Assembly (NCBI RefSeq): GCF_000981445.1
Contig: NC_027217.1
Location: forward strand, 1,612,001-1,676,000
Direction: 5' to 3'
DNA from: Babesia bigemina
Lineage: Eukaryota
Length of the DNA stretch: 64,000 bases
Positions within the stretch are counted from its first letter, which is position 1; every line of letters begins with the position of its first letter. The notes below the pieces were generated by a model. The model ran no database searches. It saw only the letters and a program-made list of their open reading frames with translations, and was not told the origin of the DNA. Made by a program: the position numbers and the translations under genes. This document shows positions 1 through 9,860 of this stretch, in pieces.

Positions 1-164
1 AGAAGGCACCAGGTATGTTACCGCTTCGCCCGCGTGACCATGTGCAGAGGTGCCAGTCGTGCCGGATTCCGACCGCGTGGTCAACGAGGAATCACTAGAC
101 ACAGTCAGGTTTGTCGTTTTATTTGGCGTCGATGCCGCGCAGGGCGTTCTCCGACGAGGAGTAG
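1..164 (+). CDS. 3' end of an intron-containing gene of unknown function (partial at window edge)
   Basis: GT..AG introns at about 13-47 and 109-142 join exons reading ...EVPVVPDSDRVVNEESLDTVRAFSDEE*, with TAG at 162-164. Confidence 0.5.
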
Positions 165-264
165 CTGCGTCGCCGCGTGCCGCGCCTAGGCGACCTCAGG
201 GCGCACATCGAGCGTGGCACGCAGCGCGCCGTATCGCAGTGGAAGTTAGACAGGATTTTGAGCT

Positions 265-1035
265 ATGGCGCGAGACCGGTTGTGGCTATCCGACGTCGCG
301 GAGGGTGTGCCTGCGACGTGGTATCGCAGCACGTTCTCCGCGTACGTGCCGACGCGCAGGGAGGTGGAGACCGGCGTGCGGTCGATTCCCACCCAGCTGG
401 TGCACCCTGACGGCTCGTTCAGCGTGGGAGTGGACGTGGAGTCGATCGACCCGCAGAAGCATGGAGCAAGTCGCTTGCAAAATGGTACAGTGCCGGTCCC
501 CTGTGAGCCAACGCACGCAGCAACAGACGAGGAGGAGGAGGAGGAATATTCGCTCGTAGTGTACGCCTCCGGGAGAGAAGGTGGGTAGTTGGTGCATCAG
601 CGCGTAAACATCCCGTGTTAGCACGCAAGCGCGCCGTGGCGCAAGACCACCCTTTGATTCTGCTCTCCTGCACCGTCTACGCGGTGATGGTGCTCTGGCT
701 AGGGCCGTTCGCAACGCTCTCCCCGGACGCCACCGAGAGGACCACGACGCTGCTGTGGCTGTGCTGGTTCTCCGTGCTCGACGTGGTAGCGCTGATGTGC
801 GTGCTCTGGTATTTCGGCTACTTCGAGCTCCTGAGCATCAACACGGCGCTGCTGGCCTGCGTTTTGGCCGTGCTTCTGCCACACATCGAGAGGTTTGTTG
901 CACCTAGCAGGGATACACATGATGTGCAGCGTCTATTCGGTCGCCCTGGCCTTCGCGCACGTGTTAACGCTGCTGCTCACCTACTACTCGTTGTCCAAGT
1001 GCGAGCACAGGATGTTCGTCATCCCGAACTTCTGA
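265..1035 (+). CDS. Small multi-pass membrane protein, unknown function (4 exons)
   Basis: ATG at 265. Three short GT-AG introns join ORF-track fragments 265.. and 615.. to a last exon SVYSVALAFAHVLTLLLTYYSLSKCEHRMFVIPNF* (TGA 1033-1035). An acidic N-terminal region is followed by about 4 hydrophobic helices. Confidence 0.65.
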
Positions 1036-1412
1036 GCGCCCGCGGACCGTTCGTATCGCAACCGCTGAAAATTGTACCAGGCGGTGCCTCTGTAGGCAGC
1101 CTCGGCTTGTGGGCGGCGCTGCGCCGTGCGCCTCGACGTTGGAATCCCGGCGGGCCGTCGTGTCTAACGGCCAGCGAAGGTACCCCTTCCAGCGTGCCCG
1201 CTGAGAGGTGTCGCGGAAACTCACGTGTAATGTCAGTTTTTTAAACAGCGCGTGTTTTGGGCGCGTTTTAGCGCCGGTGTGTGGCTGCGTCGGCAGCAGC
1301 ATTCGCAGCGGTGGGGAGCTGCGATCAAAGGCATTATGCGAGACCTGTTTTGCGCAGTGTCCGAATTCGCAGTGACGCCGCAGATGCCGGCAGCTTAGTG
1401 CGTTTTTTAGCG

Positions 1413-4400
1413 ATGTTTGCAGGCTGGTGGCTGCTGGCGCTGTTCGGCGCCTGCTCGGCGGCCGTCCACGCCGCGACCGGCGGCAGCGGCCTCACGCTGA
1501 CCCCGGCGCAGGTGCTGTTGCCCTCCACGTCCTACTACGTGGACGCGGGCGCGCGCGAGCCGCTGAAGGTCCACGTTCAGGTGCTGCTGCGCGTGGAGCC
1601 CCGGGTATGTGTGAACTGGGAGGTGCAGAATCCCGAGCTGCTGCGCCTGTTCCCGCCGAATAACGAGGAGAACTACATCGAGTACTCGATAGTGCCGCTC
1701 TCGAGCTTCGGGGAGGGGTGCTCCAGCAGCATCTGGGCCGCCTCGCTCCCCTCGGCGCTCCGGGCGCAGAGCTCGGAATCCGGCGCGCCTCTGAGGAGCT
1801 GGGTCTTCGCCTACGAGGCGTCCACGAAGACGCGGGCGGGCGCGGAGGTAGTGATATCGCCCATGCGTTCGATTCAGTTCGAGACCCGCAACCGGCGCAT
1901 CTCGGTGAACCAGGTGGCGACGCTGAAGATTGTAGGCCACGACGAGTTCGCCAACACGTTCACGTCGTTGGAGGGGATCCCGTTCGAGGCACAGATCGAG
2001 GACCCGCGCATCATGGAGATCATAGACCTGCGCCACGACCCGGAGGTGGCCACTCGCGCCCGCGTCTCGCTGCTGGACAAGCGCGACCGCTTCGCCGTAT
2101 CGCAGGGGTCCACGCTGACGTCGGACGTCATTGTGCTGCAGGGGCGCACGGTGGGCAGGACGCGCATATCCGTGCGGGTCATGCTGCCGGAGTACCGGGA
2201 AATCGTTCTGAAGGACGTCGAGTTCACCGTCTCCGACTCGATCGACCTTGAGCCCGGCCGGCTGGTGCTGCCGCCCGGCGCGCAGTTCAAGTTCTGCGTG
2301 CAGAAGATCAAGCCCCAGTCGCAGATAGATGATACGTGGGACCCCACGGTGGACCTGACCAATTATCAGTGGTCGGTCGCAGGCGGCGCCGGGCAGCTGG
2401 TGAAGCCGGACGGCACGCTGACCACCGGCAAGGCCGGCGGCGTTGACTTCCGCGTTATCCTGACCGACAGGCGCAACTCGGAAACATTCGTGAGTGATAT
2501 CAGCGTGCGCGTGCCGCAGAGCCTGGGGCTCTCGTACGGAGGGCTGCAGCAGATGTTGGATTGCTACGCCACCAAGGGTGTGGACATCGCCGATACGTCC
2601 AACCTGCCGCACAACAGCCTGCTGGCGCAGCTGCAGCAGCAGGTGTATGCGGGCTGCCGCGGCGGCATGCGCTGCGGCCTTCGTTACCTGGCCGCGGCGG
2701 CGGGGGCCACTCCGCCGGCCTACCTGCTGCTGGGCCGCAGCTACGTGTTCGACGTCGGGATGCGCGACAAGGACGACACCGCCATTTACGTGGCGGAGGG
2801 GTACTCCTTCAGCTGGAGGGTCGAAAATGCGGCAATTGTGGGCGTGACGCGCTCCCCCAACGGCCGCTTCGTCGTGATCACCGCCCTTGCCGAGGGCGTG
2901 ACAAAGGTTGCCGTGGAGCTCGCGGCCCCCAGGGTCAGCATCGAATTCACAGTGTCGGTGACGGACCCCGTGCACCTGCTCGGGTTTCCCGTGGAGACCA
3001 TCGACGTGCCCAACCAGCAGGGGCTGCAGCAGGTGCCCCGGTCGGAGCCGCTCGTGGGCAGCACCAGACCGCTGGTCGTCCCCCTCAACGAGAACGCCAA
3101 GCTGGTGGCACGCGGAGGATCAGGCGAGTATCTCTGGCATGTGGATGATATCGGCATGTGTTCCACCAAGCAGGGAGTTTTGCGCTGCAAAGCGTACGGA
3201 TCCACGGTGCTAACGGTGTCGGACCGCTTGAACCCGGAGAACGTGTTCAAGGTGCAAGTGGTCGTCCAGCGTATGAAGCGCCTGGAGCTGTTGCCGGCGC
3301 AGGTCCACGTGGAAGTGGGCGCAACAGCGCAGTTTCGCCTCTCCGCATTTGCAGACTTGGCGGACTTGGCCCCCGTCTTCTCGAAGAGCTGGGGCACCGC
3401 ATCAGGTGAGGTTGGGCGCTTCTACAGTTGCATGCCGCTCACGTACCAGGTTGAGTCGGCCGCCAATGCGAAGCTGAACTGCCGCGTGGAGCACGACAGG
3501 TTCATGTTGGACCTGACCAAGGTGACGGAGGAGCCGTTCAGCTGCGGGGTGTTTGCGTACCGCACGCTCCACCCCGGGGAGTCCGAGGTCTCGGTGTCGC
3601 TGCTGCACGAGGAATCGATGGTCATGACGGAGCTGACTGCGAGTGCCAAAGCGCTGATCTATGACCGGTTGTCGCTATCCGTCCACCCGGAGTACAGCCA
3701 GTTCCCCTTGAAGACGCCACCTCAGCCCTTTATGAACGTGTCGCAGGCCATGGCGGACCAGTCCGTGTTTGCGAACGTGCCCATCGGCGGCAAGGTGCGA
3801 CTGGTGGTGCGCGGCGGCCCTCCGATGCTGGCGAACGGTTTGGTGGTGTCCACGTGCAACCGGAGCAGCGCCCATTTGTACGTCGATAAGGTGGATAATG
3901 CCAGGGAGGGCATTGTGAGTGGGCGCACGATGTTCGACGTTTACTGTGTGGCCGAGACAGCTGGCGACAAGGTGTGCGTCCGCGTCGACGGCGTGCTCCG
4001 CAATGAGTACACCATCAGTTGCCGACTCCCCTCGTACGTCGAGATACACCCGCTCGTATCGGCCAACAACCAAACGGTGCGCGACAACCTGCTGCACTGC
4101 AGCGGCTACCCGGCCAACTGGGAGGATGGCGATGCAGTGCCAACTGGTGTCTTCAGCAGCGGCTCCAACCTGTGCTACAAGGACGAGTCGAAAACGAAGT
4201 GGCAGATAAAGACTAATGCCGACGCCATGCACGCGTTCCGTGCCGTAGTGTTCGACGCTTTCGGAACGCCGCTTTGCCCCAGCCACAGCTACAAGGTGCA
4301 CTGGAGCGGCTCCGCGGCCGCGGGTGCCGCCAAGTCGGCTGAGCTGCCCTTCCAAAAGATCGACGGGTCGATGTTTGTATACGAATCCACCACGCTGGCG

Positions 4401-7400
4401 GATAGCGATATCGTTGCCGACCTCGAATGGCCGGACGCCCTCGACCCACGCCACACCTCCGCGGGCGCAGCCGCTGTGTTGAAGCCCAAGTCGGTCACGA
4501 CCCAAATCGCAGCCAGCAAGATGTGGACCAAGAGCACCAGCAGGCGCGGCGGCTATCTGCTGTCAACATCGCTGCGCGTGCAGCCCACTCTGCCTCACGA
4601 AATACTGATTGGAGCGAGTCGCACGTCATTGACGCCTGCGGAGAAGCGTGTCAGCATCTTCTTCAACCCGCGGATGAGGTACCAGTTTGCAGTGGCACTA
4701 GGATCGGGTAACTACGTGGAGCTGACTGCATATTCGGAGTCTATCAAGCTGCAACACAGCACGACTTTGACTTTCAGTTCAGCTGCCGAGTTCGCCAAAT
4801 TGGCCGCTGTCGTGGACGGGGTGACGAACCTGTCCGACCCGCTAGACCTGCAGAAAAGCGTAGCACGGTATGCGAACACCGCCATGCCTCCGATACCAGT
4901 CAAGTACCTCAACTTCACGTGCCCGCAACCGTGTTCGCGTTCTCTGGATATTGTGGACCGTAGCCAGCTGGGCCAGCAGACCAAGACACTCATCATCAGC
5001 CAGTCGCCGGTATCCAAGTTGCATATCATGATCACCGACATCCCGGATGTGGAGAACGGCGTTTTCGAGGATTTAGACGTGCTTTCGAGCCTGGGAGGTG
5101 GCATCAACTTGCTTTCGGTGAAGCGTCTCTACCGCGTGCACGCAGTCGCCCTCGACGGCGATGGCGTCCCAATGTCGTACGCCTCACTGAGCGGCCTCAA
5201 ATTCTCCGTGTGCAGCAGCAACCTCGTGAAGTTGGAGCACCCCAAGGACGTCGGTTTCAAGGCCATTGGTGGTGTGATGGTTATCCAGTGCCTGGCTGAG
5301 GGCAAGTACACCGTCCGCGCTGAGATCAGGAACTTCACGGGGACGACGGAAACACCCGATGGCGTGCTGGTTTCGGATTCCTTGGAAATAACGGCGTACA
5401 GGGAGACCTCGCCGGTGCTGGCATCAATCTTGATGATGCCCAACAGTGGCGAGTTTCACCTGTCGATGCTGGACGGCGCCCTGTCACGCTCCATCCCGCT
5501 CCAGACCGCGGCGCTGGAAACGTCCGACGAAACGGTCCTCCAAGTCGTAACTTCAGGGCAGGTTGGTGTGATCCGGGCAGTAAAGCCTGGTACGTGCACC
5601 ATGACGTCGTACATCGCTGGCGGCACCAGCTCACCTTCGAAATCGGTTACCCCGGTTACGGTCGCGATGCCGTACTCCGTGGCAGTGAGCGGCCCCAGCC
5701 AGATTCTGAACGGCAAGAGCGTGGTCCTGTATGCGAAGGTTAGCGATTACGGTGGCCGCCCCTTTACGCCAATATTCGTCCTCGGTTCATCGGAGTCCGC
5801 CACCAGCTCGTATTGCGCCTTCACCTGGAGCGTGTCGGGGCATGGGGTATTCTTGGAGGAAGGCGAACGCACCGCCACTGTATCCGGTGCGGGACGCGCT
5901 CGCGTGACCATGATTGCGACGTCTGCGGGTGCGATAACGGTAGCGCTGCGTGCGTCTTGTCGCAACCTATCGGCATCGGGGACGCTCGAGCTTGTGGCGC
6001 CGAAGTTCGCAGTTGAGAGTTTAGTTCCCTCGAGCGTGTTCGGTTCACACTTCTCGGATCCGATCATACTGTCGCCCAACTCCACGTACGAGAGCCTGGT
6101 TGGCGTGGTTGAGCCCATAGCGTCCAGCGACGTGGGCCTGCTCACGGTGGATGGGACCAGCGGCCAGACCACGTTGAAGACCGAATCGAAGACCGGGCAC
6201 GTGCTGCTGAAGACGGCCGACAGCTACGTTACTCATGTCCAGGTGCACGAGGTCAACCAGCTGCACGTGCACAGCTACGGCGTGCAGTCGAGTGAGATAA
6301 GCGTCCTGAAGAGTGGCAAGAAGGAGCTTACCGTGCAACTGAAAACCAGGGACGGGCGGCGTATACTGCCACCAGTAGATTTGAGGCTGAAGTACATGCT
6401 GAGTAACTCCTCACTGTTCAGAGTGACCTTGTCAGGCCACTCGATTCATGTCGCGGCCAACTCTGCTGATGGATGCTCGAGTCTCATGGTGCTGCTTGAC
6501 GAAAACGATGAACAGTTCACGGGCACCAACATGGTGGTGGACACCATCCGTCTGTGTGTGGTGAACGCGCTGACTCCGCAGGACGCGCTGGTGCTCAAGG
6601 GTTCAACTGTACGCTTCCTCGCTGGCGACAGCAGGACGTTCAGCGTCCAAATGCGGGGGGCGCCGCTGGCGCATGCTTACACATCTATGGAGCATCAGGA
6701 TACGCTGCAGTACTACCAAGATGCAATACTGTCGCGTATGGATGCGCTTATGTCGGACCTAAAATCCGACCTTTCGCGCGGTCTGATTAACGTCTTCAGG
6801 GACATTGGTCTGGAAGAGTCCGGTTGCGTTGACAGCCTGGAGATGCATCAGCCGTATCTGGAAGCATCGCAATATGTTAACGGCTTGAAGCCGTTGTATG
6901 TGTTCCCGTTCTCGATATGCCGCGAGGTCGACAGTGCTACCTTCACTGCCAAGCTAACGGCTTTCCTGCAGGAGTTGGGCCGCTCAGCCGATAGCGTCTT
7001 TTCCATGATGGAAGGTGGAGTCTCGGCGATCTCGGATAATGCAACCAGCGGAACCGGTGTGATGGGGATGCTGCCATCAACCAAGAGCGGTCAGAATGCG
7101 ACATCCGGGGAGGGTGTCAATGCAGCCCAACCCAGTGCTGTAACCGGCAATTGGACAGTAGACGAGCCAGATATTCTGTCGGTAAGCGACTCACAGGGTG
7201 TGGCTCTGGCTGCCGGCAGCACCGTCGTCAAGTACAGCAGCGAGTATATGAAAGGCGATTCCCGGATAACAGTCTTCGAAGCCGTCACCAAGGTGGAATA
7301 CCAGCACCTGGCAGATTCCGCAGTACGAGCGAATGCGACGAATATGAAGCCGGTATTTGGCACCACCATCGCGTACAAGGAGTTTTATGAGCCGTTTTAT

Positions 7401-8399
7401 GTGGTCTTCAAGGCTGCCACCGCTGGTGGTTCCTACCTGCACAACACCCTGCAGGTCGACTCTAGAGTTTTTGCAGTTTGTGAACTGGTTTCAAAGGAAA
7501 CATGGGTGAAGGAAGTATTCGGTTCGGAGGCGACCTATGTGGTGGGATCGAGCGCAACGGAGTTTTTACCGGCCTGCCGGATATCCATCCGTAGTTTCGG
7601 CGGTAAAACCGAGTGGAATAAGATGCGCAATGTACTCAAGGGTGCGTCGGAATCAGCTTACGGGTTGAAACTAAAGGTTGCTCTGTATTCGACCCTGCCG
7701 TCAGATCACAAACCACCCGCCCTCACGCCGTCAAAGCAGCAGTCGAAGAAATCGACGGCTACCGACGCGGCCGCCGCCCAGCCGTTATGGGTAAGCCTCC
7801 GCAAGGTGGACGCGCTGCTGTCAGAGCAGTCGTTCGATTGGAAGTTGCCCGTGTTCGCTCAATTCGTGGACTCGGTTGGTATCGCAATTAGTGACGTTTC
7901 GGTGGAGCCAGGTAAGGCTGTCGCCATTTCAGTATACCCGCATTACTCACGGTGCAAGCTGCGCGTGGATGGCTCGCATTACAAGCTTCGTATCACCGAG
8001 CACCAAGGCCTGCTCTGCAGTTTCGCACTGGAGAACGATGGTATCGTCGAGCCTTCTAGTGTACAGCTCGTCTGCCAGAGGACCGTTGCAGCCACCCTGA
8101 AAATTTCGCATCCTTCCGTCGCGCGTCTCGAAGTACCGACTTCGGTCGTCACGACGGAGGTGAGGACGACGTACGGCGTGGATTGGATGCTGATCGTGTT
8201 CACGGCCTGCCTGGCCGCCGGTCTGGCCTACCTGATTTACACACTCCTTCACCGCCCCGATATCAGATACTACGAAACCACGGAACCCATAAAGATCGAG
8301 CGCCGGTTGCCAAACGTCTTCGAGAAGCTGTACCAGACCGACTACCACGGCTCGACGTCTTCCACCAGCGTGCAATACCAACACCGACGACGCCTGTAG
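1413..8399 (+). CDS. NUP210: Nuclear pore membrane glycoprotein gp210/NUP210-like type I membrane protein (about 2330 aa)
   Basis: Single long ORF. ATG 1413 gives a signal peptide (MFAGWWLLALFGACSAAVHA). The N-terminus follows gp210 motifs (QVLLP; CVNW; LKIVGHDEFANTFTSLEGIPF resembling gp210 IQALDSEGNTFSTLAG; ARGGSGEYLW). Repeated beta/Ig-like segments, a C-terminal TM (WMLIVFTACLAAGLAYLIYTLL) and a short tail follow. Confidence 0.8.
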   Translation: MFAGWWLLALFGACSAAVHAATGGSGLTLTPAQVLLPSTSYYVDAGAREPLKVHVQVLLRVEPRVCVNWEVQNPELLRLFPPNNEENYIEYSIVPLSSFGEGCSSSIWAASLPSALRAQSSESGAPLRSWVFAYEASTKTRAGAEVVISPMRSIQFETRNRRISVNQVATLKIVGHDEFANTFTSLEGIPFEAQIEDPRIMEIIDLRHDPEVATRARVSLLDKRDRFAVSQGSTLTSDVIVLQGRTVGRTRISVRVMLPEYREIVLKDVEFTVSDSIDLEPGRLVLPPGAQFKFCVQKIKPQSQIDDTWDPTVDLTNYQWSVAGGAGQLVKPDGTLTTGKAGGVDFRVILTDRRNSETFVSDISVRVPQSLGLSYGGLQQMLDCYATKGVDIADTSNLPHNSLLAQLQQQVYAGCRGGMRCGLRYLAAAAGATPPAYLLLGRSYVFDVGMRDKDDTAIYVAEGYSFSWRVENAAIVGVTRSPNGRFVVITALAEGVTKVAVELAAPRVSIEFTVSVTDPVHLLGFPVETIDVPNQQGLQQVPRSEPLVGSTRPLVVPLNENAKLVARGGSGEYLWHVDDIGMCSTKQGVLRCKAYGSTVLTVSDRLNPENVFKVQVVVQRMKRLELLPAQVHVEVGATAQFRLSAFADLADLAPVFSKSWGTASGEVGRFYSCMPLTYQVESAANAKLNCRVEHDRFMLDLTKVTEEPFSCGVFAYRTLHPGESEVSVSLLHEESMVMTELTASAKALIYDRLSLSVHPEYSQFPLKTPPQPFMNVSQAMADQSVFANVPIGGKVRLVVRGGPPMLANGLVVSTCNRSSAHLYVDKVDNAREGIVSGRTMFDVYCVAETAGDKVCVRVDGVLRNEYTISCRLPSYVEIHPLVSANNQTVRDNLLHCSGYPANWEDGDAVPTGVFSSGSNLCYKDESKTKWQIKTNADAMHAFRAVVFDAFGTPLCPSHSYKVHWSGSAAAGAAKSAELPFQKIDGSMFVYESTTLADSDIVADLEWPDALDPRHTSAGAAAVLKPKSVTTQIAASKMWTKSTSRRGGYLLSTSLRVQPTLPHEILIGASRTSLTPAEKRVSIFFNPRMRYQFAVALGSGNYVELTAYSESIKLQHSTTLTFSSAAEFAKLAAVVDGVTNLSDPLDLQKSVARYANTAMPPIPVKYLNFTCPQPCSRSLDIVDRSQLGQQTKTLIISQSPVSKLHIMITDIPDVENGVFEDLDVLSSLGGGINLLSVKRLYRVHAVALDGDGVPMSYASLSGLKFSVCSSNLVKLEHPKDVGFKAIGGVMVIQCLAEGKYTVRAEIRNFTGTTETPDGVLVSDSLEITAYRETSPVLASILMMPNSGEFHLSMLDGALSRSIPLQTAALETSDETVLQVVTSGQVGVIRAVKPGTCTMTSYIAGGTSSPSKSVTPVTVAMPYSVAVSGPSQILNGKSVVLYAKVSDYGGRPFTPIFVLGSSESATSSYCAFTWSVSGHGVFLEEGERTATVSGAGRARVTMIATSAGAITVALRASCRNLSASGTLELVAPKFAVESLVPSSVFGSHFSDPIILSPNSTYESLVGVVEPIASSDVGLLTVDGTSGQTTLKTESKTGHVLLKTADSYVTHVQVHEVNQLHVHSYGVQSSEISVLKSGKKELTVQLKTRDGRRILPPVDLRLKYMLSNSSLFRVTLSGHSIHVAANSADGCSSLMVLLDENDEQFTGTNMVVDTIRLCVVNALTPQDALVLKGSTVRFLAGDSRTFSVQMRGAPLAHAYTSMEHQDTLQYYQDAILSRMDALMSDLKSDLSRGLINVFRDIGLEESGCVDSLEMHQPYLEASQYVNGLKPLYVFPFSICREVDSATFTAKLTAFLQELGRSADSVFSMMEGGVSAISDNATSGTGVMGMLPSTKSGQNATSGEGVNAAQPSAVTGNWTVDEPDILSVSDSQGVALAAGSTVVKYSSEYMKGDSRITVFEAVTKVEYQHLADSAVRANATNMKPVFGTTIAYKEFYEPFYVVFKAATAGGSYLHNTLQVDSRVFAVCELVSKETWVKEVFGSEATYVVGSSATEFLPACRISIRSFGGKTEWNKMRNVLKGASESAYGLKLKVALYSTLPSDHKPPALTPSKQQSKKSTATDAAAAQPLWVSLRKVDALLSEQSFDWKLPVFAQFVDSVGIAISDVSVEPGKAVAISVYPHYSRCKLRVDGSHYKLRITEHQGLLCSFALENDGIVEPSSVQLVCQRTVAATLKISHPSVARLEVPTSVVTTEVRTTYGVDWMLIVFTACLAAGLAYLIYTLLHRPDIRYYETTEPIKIERRLPNVFEKLYQTDYHGSTSSTSVQYQHRRRL

Positions 8400-8431
8400 T
8401 GTGTCGCTAACGAAAATATGGTTACATTTCT

Positions 8432-9427
8432 ATGGCTGTGTTTCGATTATTAGAGGCTGTTAGTGGCGGCAAAGGTGGAGGCAGCGGTTCGGCTGTCGCT
8501 GCCGGCGGCCGCTCGCAGGACGATGGCCCAGGCGTTCGTCACCCCGTGGCGGCGTCTACCGACAATCCGGACGGCACAATCGGCGCCGACCAGCGCGACA
8601 CATCTATCAGTATGGAGCAGGATGTGACGCCGTCGGATGGTCTGGATGAAGTGGACGTGATTCGAGAATTCTACCTGTCAAGGCTAGGCGAACTGCCGGC
8701 ACGCCGCTCTGCAGGCGGCAGTCATCCTCGTCGTAATCGGGTCGCGGCTGGCACAGGGTCTCCGAGGACTCCACGCAACGGCGAATCGGATAGCCATGTA
8801 TCGGCCAGCGACGGTGTTTCCGTTGGGGTCCAGGCAGGCGCCAGCGATGGCATACACCTGTCTAATGACCATGCGCCCGGCATAAATCAAGCTTTTGTGG
8901 AAAGTGTGGACGCGCTAAACGGGAAACTGGAGCAGTACTATCGGATGGTGAACGAAAACGGTTCTTGTGTAGGTGCAATTGGTTCCAACGACGCATTGTC
9001 ACGGATATACCTCGATCCATCAGGTTCTCACTGGCCGCAGCCTTCGGAGGTTTTGGGAATAAACGAACCGTCCGGCAGGCTGGCTGACGCCATAAAGGCA
9101 TTGGATCGCCGTGACTATCTGTGTCGGCAGATTCTGGCGGTGCAACACTGCCAGCTGTTGGCGTACTACGGCGGCGGCATGTATGGCGCAAATTCGCAAC
9201 CCGAAACTCCTGCGTCGGCCGACCCCTATCGTCCAGATAGTGTGTCGAGAGGCTTTAATATCGCAAACCAGCAAAGTACGGATTCACGTGAGGCAGCCGT
9301 TTCGGGCGAAGCAACCCCCTGCAAGCGCATGGTTCGGCGGGATAGGACCCAGTCGGAGGAAATTGCACGCTTGCGCCGCATGGTTGAGCTGTATAAGAAC
9401 GAGTTATCGCGTCTATACGACCGCTGA
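8432..9427 (+). CDS. Hypothetical protein, low-complexity N-terminus and short C-terminal coiled coil
   Basis: 331-aa ATG ORF ending in the heptad-like segment QSEEIARLRRMVELYKNELSRL. Confidence 0.7.
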   Translation: MAVFRLLEAVSGGKGGGSGSAVAAGGRSQDDGPGVRHPVAASTDNPDGTIGADQRDTSISMEQDVTPSDGLDEVDVIREFYLSRLGELPARRSAGGSHPRRNRVAAGTGSPRTPRNGESDSHVSASDGVSVGVQAGASDGIHLSNDHAPGINQAFVESVDALNGKLEQYYRMVNENGSCVGAIGSNDALSRIYLDPSGSHWPQPSEVLGINEPSGRLADAIKALDRRDYLCRQILAVQHCQLLAYYGGGMYGANSQPETPASADPYRPDSVSRGFNIANQQSTDSREAAVSGEATPCKRMVRRDRTQSEEIARLRRMVELYKNELSRLYDR

Positions 9428-9860
9428 TTGGTCGGCCGTGTGGAAGGCTGCGTATGTGATGGCGGTTGCGGCCCACGGCATGGACGGTGGAATCCGCCGC
9501 TGGCGACACAACAGCTGGATTCACCTCATACGCGTGCTCCATGTTGATTGTATGAAGCGATGAGCACTCTCTGTTAGGCGTCGCGCGTCCGATACGTCGG
9601 CCTTTAGGCGTGCCGTTCGCACAGGTTACTGCAGGCGACGCGAAACCCGCATTTCAACCTTCCAGCGTAATTTATAAAGATGTTTCATAAACCCTTATTA
9701 GAGCGTAGCTAGTAGACACGTGGTTAGGTGCTCCTAATTCCTCACTCCCCGCCGACGTCGTCGCACCATTTCACTCTCCACACCGGCCGCTTCCGGCCAC
9801 ACATTATGTTAAATCTAGAACAATAGCATGTTAAAACGATGGTATAAGTAATCAGACGCC

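Noticed and set aside
1407..2975. 522-aa antisense ORF and similar long overlapping ORFs in GC-rich genes
   Set aside because: Expected stop-codon depletion opposite high-GC3 coding sequence.
9688..9696. TAAACCCT telomere-like motif
   Set aside because: Single copy in a spacer; insufficient for an interstitial telomere or telomerase template call.
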